From positions 160,001 through 224,000 of IMG/VR virus record IMGVR_UViG_3300045988_180880: 64,000 bases of DNA; one strand, 5' to 3'. The DNA is from a virus. The notes under the pieces are model-generated. The model was not told the DNA's origin. It was given only the letters and a program-made list of their open reading frames with translations, and did no database searches. The translations under genes were made by a program, and so were the position numbers. Shown here in pieces: positions 35,887-45,322 of the stretch (position 1 is the first letter of the stretch; the number at the start of each line of letters is the position of its first letter).

Positions 35887-36654
35887 ATGGAAAGAGAATC
35901 AAAGCTTTCCATCCTAAAAGAAATTATGAAAAATGAACAAGAAAGAGATTTATACTTTTGTGCAGATATTCATGGAAGTTTTCGAGAAATTACATGGATT
36001 ATAACTCAACGTTATAAACTTAAAGATGCTAATATTATTTTTCTTGGAGATGTAGGATTAGGTTTTTCTAAGCCAGGGTATTATAATCAGGAGTTTGAAA
36101 GAATTAATACTAAACTAGAGAAAAATAATATAACATATTATTTTATAAGAGGAAATCATGATAACCTAGAGTACTGGAATGAAAAATTAATAAATGATTT
36201 CCCCAAAATTAAGTTTCTTCAGGATCATGAAGTAGTAGAACTCTCGGGGAAAACAATATATCCGATCGGGGGAGCAACTTCAGTAGATTATAAATGGAGA
36301 ATGAATTATAATGGATTGATGGAGAGAGTTAGTTCGTCTAAAAGAGTATGGTGGGAGACAGAAGATATAATTAAGAAGCCTATTAAAGATCTTCCAGGGA
36401 GGGTTGATATAATAGCTTCTCATACTGCTCCACTATGTTTTGAACCAATTATTACACGTCACGAAGAGGAAGCAGAAGATGTTTACCTCAGAGACTTAGA
36501 AAATCGAAAATACTTAGATCAGGTATTTAGAGGAGTAAGATGTAAGTATTGGTTCTTTGGACATTTTCATACTTCAATCACATCAAGTCTTGAGGATACT
36601 ATATATAAATGTTTAGATATTAATGAATTATATATGTTTAGAAATCATGAGTAG
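35887..36654 (+). CDS. calcineurin-like metallophosphoesterase
   Basis: Motifs CADIHGS, LGDVG, RGNHDN, SHTAP and FGHFH. I prefer ATG 35887 over TTG 35884. The motif CCTTATAATTG abuts the start codon. Confidence 0.8.
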   Translation: MERESKLSILKEIMKNEQERDLYFCADIHGSFREITWIITQRYKLKDANIIFLGDVGLGFSKPGYYNQEFERINTKLEKNNITYYFIRGNHDNLEYWNEKLINDFPKIKFLQDHEVVELSGKTIYPIGGATSVDYKWRMNYNGLMERVSSSKRVWWETEDIIKKPIKDLPGRVDIIASHTAPLCFEPIITRHEEEAEDVYLRDLENRKYLDQVFRGVRCKYWFFGHFHTSITSSLEDTIYKCLDINELYMFRNHE

Positions 36655-36973
36655 TAGTAAGGGTACAATTTCAAATCCGTTATTAATGCCTATCGGAGAA
36701 GTTTTTTATGTTGATCATACTAAAGCAGTTTTGGATAGTAGTATAAAAATAAATTCAAAAGCTATCTTAGAAGAAATATTGCATTCTAAAGATACTGACC
36801 TTCAAGAGGATTTAAAGCTAATCATTAGATATCTTCAAGGTTGTTTAGAGGAAACTATGGATAATCCTTGGTTTTTGAAAGAGATTAAAGACTTGAGGAA
36901 AAAGCTAGAGGAAACCGAGAAACGATGTGATGACTTAGAGGAAAAGTTAAAACATGTATTACATAATGAATAA
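36647..36973 (+). CDS. hypothetical protein
   Basis: ATG 36647 (MSSSKGT..) overlaps the upstream stop. The track start is 36623. Confidence 0.65.
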   Translation: MSSSKGTISNPLLMPIGEVFYVDHTKAVLDSSIKINSKAILEEILHSKDTDLQEDLKLIIRYLQGCLEETMDNPWFLKEIKDLRKKLEETEKRCDDLEEKLKHVLHNE

Positions 36974-37277
36974 TATTAAAAGTAGAATTGAATATATAAC
37001 AGATCTTGAATTTAAAATAGAAGATAAGTATTTAGTTCTGGGAGGATATTATAATTCACTAAAAAGAACAACACCTAGAATTATTGCTAAGAGAATTACT
37101 ACATTTTTCTTATCGGATGGAGGTAAAAGTGTTGTATTCTATGATCAAGCTTATTCAGGATTGTTTGAAGATGAATTTATTAAACCTATACTCCAGAAAA
37201 TATTATCTGAAGCTAAACAATTATTTTCAACTCTCTCAGTAGATTATAAGATAATTCAAGATTACCTAAAAAAGTGA
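36966..37277 (+). CDS. hypothetical protein
   Basis: ATG 36966 (MNNIKS..) overlaps the upstream stop. The track start is 36954. Confidence 0.65.
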   Translation: MNNIKSRIEYITDLEFKIEDKYLVLGGYYNSLKRTTPRIIAKRITTFFLSDGGKSVVFYDQAYSGLFEDEFIKPILQKILSEAKQLFSTLSVDYKIIQDYLKK

Positions 37278-37496
37278 ATTTTGCTATTTAAGAGAGGTTA
37301 AAGCCTTACAATTGAGAAGAACATTAGAAAAATTTATAAAAATATAGATTAATCTAGTGTTCTTTTTAATTTTGAAGTATAATAAATAGCACTTCAGAAA
37401 CCCTCAAAATCTAATAAATGAGGGGATATTATATAGAAACCTCCCCTCAATGATTAAAGTTATAAAGAAAAATAAACAAATTAAAAAGCTAGAAAA

Positions 37497-39017
37497 ATGG
37501 CAAAATCAAAAAATGACAACATTAACATTTCAATTTTTACAGCATTGAAAGTTAGTGAGATTTCAAGAGTACCAGTACTTATTATGTCTAATCCAGGTCT
37601 TGGTAAATCAACTTCAGTAGAAATGTTTGCAGAAGTTCGAGATTATCACCTAGTCCTTCTTAGAGGTAATAGTACAACTGCAGAAGAAGTTATGGGATAT
37701 GATGTGGCTACGAGTGATCAAGAAAACCCCACAACTAGACATCTTAGACCTTTTTGGTATACTGAAATCTTAAAAGTTGCAGAAAAAGGAGGTAAATCAC
37801 TGTTATTTTTGGATGAGATCACTACAGCAAACGAATACGTACAGGCTAGTTTATTGCATTTAGTATTTGAGCGTAAAGTGGGTTCAGAAAGACTTCCAGA
37901 GAATACATTGATTGTTTCTGCAGGTAATTATGCACAGAATCTTTCGAATTCTATGCAAATGCTACCTCCGTTAATGAATCGTTTTATGATTTACAACATT
38001 ACTCCGGATCATACAGACCTGGATACATTCCTTTGTAAATATGACGGAGCTATTGCATCATCAGAAGGTAAGGTTAAAGATTTCATGGGAAGTCTTAGAG
38101 ATACGATGAAAAAACTTGATGCTCAGGAAGTAGAAATTCCGGCTGATCAATATAATAAGATTGGTGAGTATATCGAACGTGGTATTAAACAAACTGCTCG
38201 AGCATTGATGACTTCTGGTGGTAAACCTGTAGACTTAGCAATTACAGAACTTAATGGTATCTATGCTGATGCCGAAAATGAGACTAAGCTTTATGGATTT
38301 ACAACTTTCCGAACTTTGAATTATCTTAGAGACGTTACAATTGCAAGTTTTAAGTGTTTTGGTAAGAGCGGTATTACTTCAGATAACTATCGTAATATGA
38401 TCGATGGTCTTTGTGGTATTGGTATTTCTCGAGATCCAAAAACAAAGAATTTGATTAAGACGCCGATTTCTAAGGACTTCTATGATACTATGGTTAATAT
38501 CGTTAATGATATTGAAAAGATGAAGAATGATAAACTTCCTAAGTATACTAAGTTCTTCAACGAGATCATAGATGGAAAGAAAAAGCTCGAAGTTCCTGAA
38601 ATGCAAGCAATAATCAATAAGTTATCAGAACTTAAATCAGATAAGGACTTAGAACAAATCGAACGTCCGATTGATCCGGCTTGCATCGAGAAATTGTTTA
38701 AATTGAGTAAGGATTCTGGTTCTTCTATTACCAAGATTAAAGTATCTACTACTGATAAATTCTTGGATAAAGTACCAGTAGAGACATTCATCGGATATGT
38801 ATCTTATTGGAATACAATTTCAGATCTTATGACTTCTATTCAAAGTCTGATTACAGATTCTTCTAAGGGTTATAAGGATGATACTTTGGCATTGTTGAAG
38901 AATACTCAAGAAGACCTTAGAACTTCTGGATTTAAACTCAGATCAATTCGTAAGATTATTCTTCAGGAAGATCCGAGCATGGGAAGTATGGTTCCTGATA
39001 TTAGAAGTTTTAAATAA
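37497..39017 (+). CDS. MoxR-like AAA+ ATPase
   Basis: Walker A NPGLGKST, Walker B LLFLDEITTA and sensor-like VSAGNY. There is a C-terminal extension of about 200 aa. Confidence 0.8.
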   Translation: MAKSKNDNINISIFTALKVSEISRVPVLIMSNPGLGKSTSVEMFAEVRDYHLVLLRGNSTTAEEVMGYDVATSDQENPTTRHLRPFWYTEILKVAEKGGKSLLFLDEITTANEYVQASLLHLVFERKVGSERLPENTLIVSAGNYAQNLSNSMQMLPPLMNRFMIYNITPDHTDLDTFLCKYDGAIASSEGKVKDFMGSLRDTMKKLDAQEVEIPADQYNKIGEYIERGIKQTARALMTSGGKPVDLAITELNGIYADAENETKLYGFTTFRTLNYLRDVTIASFKCFGKSGITSDNYRNMIDGLCGIGISRDPKTKNLIKTPISKDFYDTMVNIVNDIEKMKNDKLPKYTKFFNEIIDGKKKLEVPEMQAIINKLSELKSDKDLEQIERPIDPACIEKLFKLSKDSGSSITKIKVSTTDKFLDKVPVETFIGYVSYWNTISDLMTSIQSLITDSSKGYKDDTLALLKNTQEDLRTSGFKLRSIRKIILQEDPSMGSMVPDIRSFK

Positions 39018-39036
39018 TTATACTATTATATGAGTG

Positions 39037-39085
39037 TTAACCTTAGAGAAAAATATGTAATGATCATGTGGATCTCTAAGGTTAA
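39037..39085 (+). terminator. 12-bp hairpin between the ATPase and VWA genes (terminator or attenuator candidate)
   Basis: TTAACCTTAGAG / CTCTAAGGTTAA with a 25-nt loop, followed by TTTATT. Confidence 0.4.
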
Positions 39086-39115
39086 TTTATTAGAAAAATA
39101 TCAAAATTTAAAATT

Positions 39116-40861
39116 ATGAGAAATCAGACAGAGTTAGAATTTATTAAAAGATTCATTGACAATACTTATAGTAGATTCGGGAATATGTTGATGGTTAATA
39201 CAGAAAAACCATTTAATCCTGATAATCCTGAACTTGGATATTGTTTTAAATATAAAGATGATATCTCAGGAAATGTTATCTATAAAATTGTCTGCTCAGA
39301 GATTAAGATTCCACGTACTGATTTTCGTATTCTTATGCATGAGTACGGACATATTTACTTAGGACATCTTGATGGTATTCATGAAGAGCTTGATACTCAG
39401 ATTTGTAATACCTTCAGAGATTATCGAGGCGAATTGATTGATCGAATTAATAAAGAGTGTGGAATTGATTTTGCAGAGAAGTTGATTGAGAGAGTAATAG
39501 ATGATCCAGTTCTTAATCACAGTCTTCATAATATTGCTATGGATATGGAAGTAAATTCTAAAATCCTAAGTACTGAAGATGTAGAGGAGATGGAATCAGA
39601 TATTTCATCAGTTCTTCCTAATTATCAACTTGAGCTCTTGAAATATAATAGAGATCACACTGATAATGAAGAAGCAAAACAGGCTCTTGATGATATGATA
39701 AAGAAGATGGAAAATGAGGCTAAAATTAAACTCATTGTTCCAGAAAGATATTATATATCCGAAGGTAACCCTTTCCCGAGTGAACTTAGTTACCCTGAAT
39801 ACTTGATGCTAATTGTTCAACACTTGGATCAGTTTGTTAAGATGTTGGTTTCTATTAAAAAGGGTGGAAACGGTGATACATCTCAAGTTACAAATCAAGA
39901 TATTCAAGATGCACTTCAAGGTAGTGGTTCAGGATCTGGACAAGGTAATCAGCAAGGTGGTGGAATGCAAGGTCTTTCTGATCTTATGCAGGAAATGGGT
40001 ATGACTGATGGTTCTGGTAGTAGTTCAGGATCTGGACAAGGTAATCAGCAAGGTAAAGGTGATCCAAAAGATTGTCCATATAAAGGAAAGAGAGATTCTG
40101 GTTCAGGTGATTTGAACAGTAACGGTATAGATGAGGGTGGAACTCATAAAGATCACAGAACAGACTCTAGAGACGATGCCGATAAAAAACGTGAGCTTGG
40201 ACAAATTCGTTCAGGAGGTGGCGTTGGATGTGGTTCTAGTGGAGCTCCAGATGCAACGAGACTTGTGGATAAGACAGACGAAGTAGATATGGCTCTAGAT
40301 GAAGTAATGTTAAATTATAAATCTAGAGTGGTTAAAGTTGATACAAAGAAAGATCTTATGTATCTTTATAATCGTGGTATTAATCGTTCTGTTATTGCTC
40401 CAACTATTAGAAGAAAGGTAACCATGTCTAATGAACCAACTATTGTATTTTTAATTGATGTTTCGGGATCTATGGATACACGATTGGTTGATAGAATTTT
40501 GAATACTATTGCCAATAAAATGAAAAAGATTGGACGTGGATTAAAGTATAATATTATTTCATGGTCTACACAGCTTGGAGATCATATTAAAGATATCGAC
40601 CCGAGAAAGGGTGTTCCAAGAATCTCTATGGGAGGTGGAACAAGAATGGCTAGAGGTATGGAATATTTCAGACAGAATTATGGACCTGAAGCTATCTTGA
40701 TCTTAATATCAGACTTTGAAGATTACTTGGAAGAATGGCATGAACAAGAACTTAAGATGCCTAACTATACCATGTACGGATTTAATTATGGATATAGTAA
40801 TTATAATCAAGAATTTAAATATTTCAAAGTGAAAAATTTTAAAAACAATGGCAACTATTAA
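39116..40861 (+). CDS. VWA-domain protein with an N-terminal HExxH metallopeptidase-like domain (DUF2201-type MoxR partner)
   Basis: MHEYGHIYLGH at the N-terminus and VFLIDVSGSMD (MIDAS-like) in the C-terminal half. A G/S/Q-rich linker carries a duplicated GSGQGNQQG. Confidence 0.75.
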   Translation: MRNQTELEFIKRFIDNTYSRFGNMLMVNTEKPFNPDNPELGYCFKYKDDISGNVIYKIVCSEIKIPRTDFRILMHEYGHIYLGHLDGIHEELDTQICNTFRDYRGELIDRINKECGIDFAEKLIERVIDDPVLNHSLHNIAMDMEVNSKILSTEDVEEMESDISSVLPNYQLELLKYNRDHTDNEEAKQALDDMIKKMENEAKIKLIVPERYYISEGNPFPSELSYPEYLMLIVQHLDQFVKMLVSIKKGGNGDTSQVTNQDIQDALQGSGSGSGQGNQQGGGMQGLSDLMQEMGMTDGSGSSSGSGQGNQQGKGDPKDCPYKGKRDSGSGDLNSNGIDEGGTHKDHRTDSRDDADKKRELGQIRSGGGVGCGSSGAPDATRLVDKTDEVDMALDEVMLNYKSRVVKVDTKKDLMYLYNRGINRSVIAPTIRRKVTMSNEPTIVFLIDVSGSMDTRLVDRILNTIANKMKKIGRGLKYNIISWSTQLGDHIKDIDPRKGVPRISMGGGTRMARGMEYFRQNYGPEAILILISDFEDYLEEWHEQELKMPNYTMYGFNYGYSNYNQEFKYFKVKNFKNNGNY

Positions 40862-41453
40862 TAATGGAAACATAAATAGAGACAAAGTCCATTCATTGGT
40901 TGAAGTATTTTATCAACCATCATTTAAGACTTTCTATGTTAATTCAGTAGATGGAGAGACATTTGTAAAGCCTGTAGGTGTATTTGTAAGTTTAGGAATA
41001 ACTACGTCTTTGAAGGTCTTAGAAGATATCAAGAACATTATTTCCGGAAGTGAAGGTTATAGTGCGACTTTGGCAGAGATTAAATCTAAGAAGGTAGCAG
41101 GTCAGTTCTTAAATACTGTTACATGTACTACCGGACCTAAACAATATAAAATTACAAATCTTTCAGAGGATATTATGGGAGAGGAGGAGTCTAAGGCAGA
41201 ATTGGAGAGAATGAAGAACTTGATGAATCCGTCTCAAGATTTAGATATCCTTAAAGAGTATGCACCTAAGATTTCCAGGTTGCAAGACTTGATAGATAAA
41301 TTAACTTCTACACATGGTTGGGATGCTCATTTGATTCAAAAAGAGGCTTCCGGAGACTATCGAATATTCCATCAATATATTAATTATAAAAAGGAAGGCG
41401 AATTGGAATATCGTGTAGGAATATTCGTAACAGAAGATGTTGGAAACGATTAA
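40848..41453 (+). CDS. hypothetical protein
   Basis: 201-aa ORF. Confidence 0.7.
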   Translation: MATINNGNINRDKVHSLVEVFYQPSFKTFYVNSVDGETFVKPVGVFVSLGITTSLKVLEDIKNIISGSEGYSATLAEIKSKKVAGQFLNTVTCTTGPKQYKITNLSEDIMGEEESKAELERMKNLMNPSQDLDILKEYAPKISRLQDLIDKLTSTHGWDAHLIQKEASGDYRIFHQYINYKKEGELEYRVGIFVTEDVGND

Positions 41454-41772
41454 GAAGGCTGTTTTAATTTCATTACTGTTATTACTTGGGTTTGGATTGG
41501 GGGTATTATATTACTCCCACTCCTCTCAAGATAAATCTAAGGGGGAAACTATATTACCTCCTCCAGAAATTATACAACCTGAAAAAAATAAAATTGATTC
41601 CCTTGAAGTAGAGATAATATCAAGGGATAGTATTATCAGTTATCTCAGAGAAAAGATTCATAGGATAGAATCTACTCGAACTGATAAAGTAGATAGTATT
41701 AGGGAATTACCGACAACAGAAGCGGTAGAATTTCTTAGACTTAAACTTAGAGAATTTGACAGTAAGTATTAA
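41437..41772 (+). CDS. membrane-anchored coiled-coil protein
   Basis: 111 aa with an N-terminal TM segment AVLISLLLLLGFGLGVLYY followed by a helical region. Confidence 0.65.
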   Translation: MLETIKKAVLISLLLLLGFGLGVLYYSHSSQDKSKGETILPPPEIIQPEKNKIDSLEVEIISRDSIISYLREKIHRIESTRTDKVDSIRELPTTEAVEFLRLKLREFDSKY

Positions 41773-41781
41773 AGAAAATAG

Positions 41782-41847
41782 AACTTAGAGAACTTACTTT
41801 CGTGTTGATAAAAAGCACGATTACTGTCAAGTTCTCTAAGTTTTTTA
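41782..41847 (+). terminator. strong terminator hairpin
   Basis: 14-bp stem AACTTAGAGAACTT / AAGTTCTCTAAGTT followed by a T-run. Confidence 0.7.
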
Positions 41848-41863
41848 TTTTTAATATTTAGTT

Positions 41864-42887
41864 ATGATTATTAAAAGAAAATTGAAAAATTTCTCCAGAA
41901 GTAATGGTAGAGATTTAATAGAACACTTTGCTGTTAAGAGATTTAATATTATTGAAAAAAGAGCAAAGAGAGTATGGATTAGTTTCAGATTTATATCATT
42001 CTGGACTAGGAAGAACATATAAGAAATATGTTGGAAGAACTAGAAAATCAATAGCGAATAAATTAGAAAAAGATATTGCTTCTGCTAGAGTTAATGGATA
42101 TTTATTAGAAGGTAAGAAATATGATACTGCTGATTTTGGAGTGGAAAATAAGCTAAAAAGTTTAGCGTCTAGAAAATACAATACTAAAGTGTGGGATGGA
42201 AAGTTTACTGGGAGAGAAGAGAGTATGATTCCTACTAAAGATTTAGATATTGAGAAATCTGCAAATCTAATTGTTTTAAATTCTAGAAAGAATAAATATC
42301 CTGATTTACCTTTTACAGTACTTAGAAATACTAAAAAATATCCAAAACAAAAAGATATCAATCGATATAAAGAATATGCATCTAAAGCAAAATATAATAT
42401 TGATCATCATAGAGGAAATACATCTGGTTTAGCTCATGAAATCGGTCATGTTAAGAATTATGAAAGTAAAAACCCTATTACTAAAGTAAATAATAAGGTT
42501 GCTAATAAATATTCGGAGGAAGTAGCTAATTATGATTCTTTTAATGAAAATGGAAGTTTACTTAAAGGGATAAGTAATTACTTTAAGCAAAGAGCATTAA
42601 TAAATGAAGAATCAAATGCTTCCAAAAAAGCAATGAGGTTGCTGAAAAAATCAGGTATGAATAAAGATAAACTTAATAATTCTAAATTAGATTTAGATGA
42701 TAGTTTAAAAACATATAAGTATGGAGGAGAAGTATTTTATAAGACTCCAATAATGAAAAAGATTCAAATACCTTCTAGGAGATCTTCATCTAATAATAGA
42801 ATTAGAAATCATATTGAAAAACTTGGTGGAGATCCTAATTCTCTTCATCCAGATTTGAGACAAAATTTTTTAGAAATGGATTTATAA
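41864..42887 (+). CDS. zincin-motif (HEIGH) protein with an interrupted frame
   Basis: ATG 41864 opens a 52-aa frame (stop 42020-42022). The long frame (track 41928..42887, TTG start) is +1 relative to it. The two join sensibly at the A6 run 41955-41960. LAHEIGHVKNYE lies in the long frame. Confidence 0.5.
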
Positions 42888-43188
42888 ATTCATTAAAGAC
42901 TTCAGATGAGATGTTTTCCTTAATTGATAGTTCGGTTGGAGAAGACCATCGAGATCTTTGTACTTTTGGAAAATATGGAATTTCTATGATAAAATTATTT
43001 TCTAAATTATCATTGTTGTAGTAAAGATCATCCTCTGTAAGTGAGCTTTCTTTTAATAATTGCTGATCATTTATTGAATATTTATCTTTGGGAATTATAG
43101 CAAAGAGTTTATATGTATCTTTTTTATAATCACTAAATCCTCCCAGTGATTTAGTCTTCTTTCTAAGGAAAAATTTAATATCTTTCAT
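42835..43188 (-). CDS. hypothetical protein (lone minus-strand gene in the late module)
   Basis: 117 aa from ATG 43188. No plus-strand ORF covers 42888-43245. Its 3' end overlaps the convergent zincin-motif gene by about 53 nt. Confidence 0.55.
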   Translation of the reverse strand: MKDIKFFLRKKTKSLGGFSDYKKDTYKLFAIIPKDKYSINDQQLLKESSLTEDDLYYNNDNLENNFIIEIPYFPKVQRSRWSSPTELSIKENISSEVFNEFINPFLKNFVSNLDEEN

Positions 43189-43245
43189 AACTTTATACAA
43201 TTTTTAGATTCACTTATTAGGTTTTATCGTTAAATTAGTAGCAAA

Positions 43246-43638
43246 ATGAAAAAAATAATCTATTGTCTCTTATTATCTCTATTTTTTATCACTAAAGGAT
43301 ATTCACAAGAGATAATAGAGCATCGTGGAGATACAATGATAGTTATATCTCCTGAAAATCTGAAAACAATTAATAGCATAATAGTAGATCTTGAGTCTTC
43401 CGAAAAAATTATAAAACTTCAAGGAGATATAATAAAAGAAGATTCGATTAAGGCAGCGAATCTAGACTCAATTATAATTTATCAGTCTATGATGATGAGG
43501 AAAAAAGATGATTATTATGTTAACTCTATACAAGCTTTAGAAAATAGCTTAAAGAAAGAAAAAAGAAAACGTAAATTATGGGCAGGTGCTTTAGGTTGTG
43601 TAGCAGTAATCCTAGGTGCTCTTGCCATAAGTAATTAA
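43246..43638 (+). CDS. secreted/anchored coiled-coil protein (spanin-like architecture)
   Basis: N-terminal signal-like MKKIIYCLLLSLFFITKGYSQE, a helical middle region and a C-terminal TM segment LWAGALGCVAVILGALAI. Confidence 0.6.
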   Translation: MKKIIYCLLLSLFFITKGYSQEIIEHRGDTMIVISPENLKTINSIIVDLESSEKIIKLQGDIIKEDSIKAANLDSIIIYQSMMMRKKDDYYVNSIQALENSLKKEKRKRKLWAGALGCVAVILGALAISN

Positions 43639-43644
43639 AAAGTC

Positions 43645-44100
43645 ATGGTAGAAGTAGTTATTAATTATGATCAGTCTACACAAGAATATAAGATCTACGA
43701 ACCTACGACAGATACTCTTTTGATATCTAGTAACCTGACTGAAGCGTTCGTTAATCTTTCTGTATTCTTAACATCAGCTGGATTAATTCAGGGCGACATA
43801 TTGAATTATCCAGAAATATCTTATCATTTCGACAGTCATACAGTAAAGTCGATGATAGAGAGTAATGTAAATCTCCTTAAACGTCTACAAACAGCTCCTT
43901 CAGGATTTATGATTAGTAGTCAGAAGTTTGGCGGCTCTACTACATCTCCTATCAAACCTAAGAAACAAGAAAGTGGGTTTGATAGTAATGGTTTTAATAA
44001 ATCTTATCAAGCAGATAGACGTTTTAGTGGGAAAAAGTCTTCTAGTTTTTCAGGGAAGTCAGGATTTAAGACATCTAATAAAAAATTTGGAGGACAATAA
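43645..44100 (+). CDS. hypothetical protein with a basic S/G/K-rich tail
   Basis: 151-aa ORF. Confidence 0.7.
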   Translation: MVEVVINYDQSTQEYKIYEPTTDTLLISSNLTEAFVNLSVFLTSAGLIQGDILNYPEISYHFDSHTVKSMIESNVNLLKRLQTAPSGFMISSQKFGGSTTSPIKPKKQESGFDSNGFNKSYQADRRFSGKKSSSFSGKSGFKTSNKKFGGQ

Positions 44101-44135
44101 ATAAATTTTAAAGTTATTAATAAAACTAAGAAAAA

Positions 44136-44561
44136 ATGGGATACCAATTACAAGTTAAAACATCATTTGTATCTCCGGTAACATTAAAGATATTTACAGA
44201 GAATGGATATTTACCTATTTTTATAATAAGAAATATTAGTAATTCAGAATTAATTGGTAAGTATAATGGAACGGCAGTACATTTTAGAAATTTAGCTCCA
44301 AGTACAGAATTATTTAGAGCAAAGAGAGACGGGCTTATTGATTTTACAGAATTTTCTAAGAGATATATTATTGAGATGTCGAATGTAAATTTTGTAGAGG
44401 TTATTGATAAACTTAATTACTTGGCTGAACTTAGTAATGCAAGAGGAGTTATATTAATGGGTTATGGTTCTGATGATAAAATATGTCACAGATCTATCTT
44501 ATCTAACCTAATTAACAGTATGGGAATATTAAACAGTCATATAACAGAAATAATACTATGA
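44136..44561 (+). CDS. DUF488-like protein
   Basis: LAPSTELFRAKRDGLIDFTEFSKRYIIEM....VILMGYGSDDKICHRSILSNLI matches the DUF488 pattern (LAPS..L, Y..E, C..CHRS.L) as I recall it. Confidence 0.6.
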   Translation: MGYQLQVKTSFVSPVTLKIFTENGYLPIFIIRNISNSELIGKYNGTAVHFRNLAPSTELFRAKRDGLIDFTEFSKRYIIEMSNVNFVEVIDKLNYLAELSNARGVILMGYGSDDKICHRSILSNLINSMGILNSHITEIIL

Positions 44562-44830
44562 GAAGTAATCCTAGAGAAATTGAAATCCAGGAAGACATAG
44601 TAGCTAAATTAGATAGACTTGACATACATCCTTATTCAATAATATGTTCTTTTGCGATAGGAGAAGGAATTATATCAATTACATTTTACCTGAAACAAGA
44701 TTTATCCGAGTTTCTTGATCTTTTAAGTTATAGAAGTCAATGTGATAAAACGGGATATTTAGTGATGGAAGATAATAATACAATAATTCTTTCAGGGTTG
44801 GCTTTAATTAATTTATATACACTATTATGA
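44558..44830 (+). CDS. hypothetical protein
   Basis: 90-aa ORF with a 4-nt overlap. Confidence 0.65.
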   Translation: MRSNPREIEIQEDIVAKLDRLDIHPYSIICSFAIGEGIISITFYLKQDLSEFLDLLSYRSQCDKTGYLVMEDNNTIILSGLALINLYTLL

Positions 44831-45312
44831 AAGATGCCTGGTTTAAAGAAGTATTTACCGAGTTTTACAAATTATCTTATATACGAGAAGGCAAATCTAA
44901 AAGAATCGTTCTAAAAGGACTTAGTGATCATAAGGTTTTAGATTATGTTATCCTAAGAATTACACCTACAGAAGATGTTATTTATTATCTCTATAATGGT
45001 TCTTCGATTCATATTCCAGAAAAGTGGATTGATCTATTTTCAAGTTTTAATACTCATTCAGGGTTTAGAGTCTTGGAGTGTTATGATAGTGATGTAGATG
45101 GATCTTTAAGTCATTTTGGATATCTTATGACAAGGTTAATTTGTCACTTAGATAAAAGTCTATCTAAAATTGAAGGAGAGGAGCTTTTGAATGTTCTTGG
45201 AGAGATAAGTGTAATTGGTACGAAAGAATTTAGAGAATGGTGCCTTGAAGAATTTGGATTAGAACTTGATCCCTTCGAATATCGTTCTTTGGATGAAAAT
45301 TTAGATATTTAA
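44827..45312 (+). CDS. hypothetical protein
   Basis: 161-aa ORF with a 4-nt overlap. Confidence 0.7.
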   Translation: MKDAWFKEVFTEFYKLSYIREGKSKRIVLKGLSDHKVLDYVILRITPTEDVIYYLYNGSSIHIPEKWIDLFSSFNTHSGFRVLECYDSDVDGSLSHFGYLMTRLICHLDKSLSKIEGEELLNVLGEISVIGTKEFREWCLEEFGLELDPFEYRSLDENLDI

Positions 45313-45322
45313 AATTGATGAG

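Noticed and set aside
37300-37367. Class I-like motif AAAGCCTTACAATTG (37300-37314) as a promoter for a tiny RNA
   Set aside because: It sits between the stop of 36966..37277 and a terminator hairpin that begins only 4 nt downstream (37318-37367). The hairpin is therefore more simply the terminator of the upstream operon, and the motif is a diverged, possibly non-functional copy.
39813-40004. 63-aa plus-strand ORF in an alternative frame within the VWA gene
   Set aside because: It lies entirely inside a motif-supported longer ORF on the same strand. There is no independent signal.
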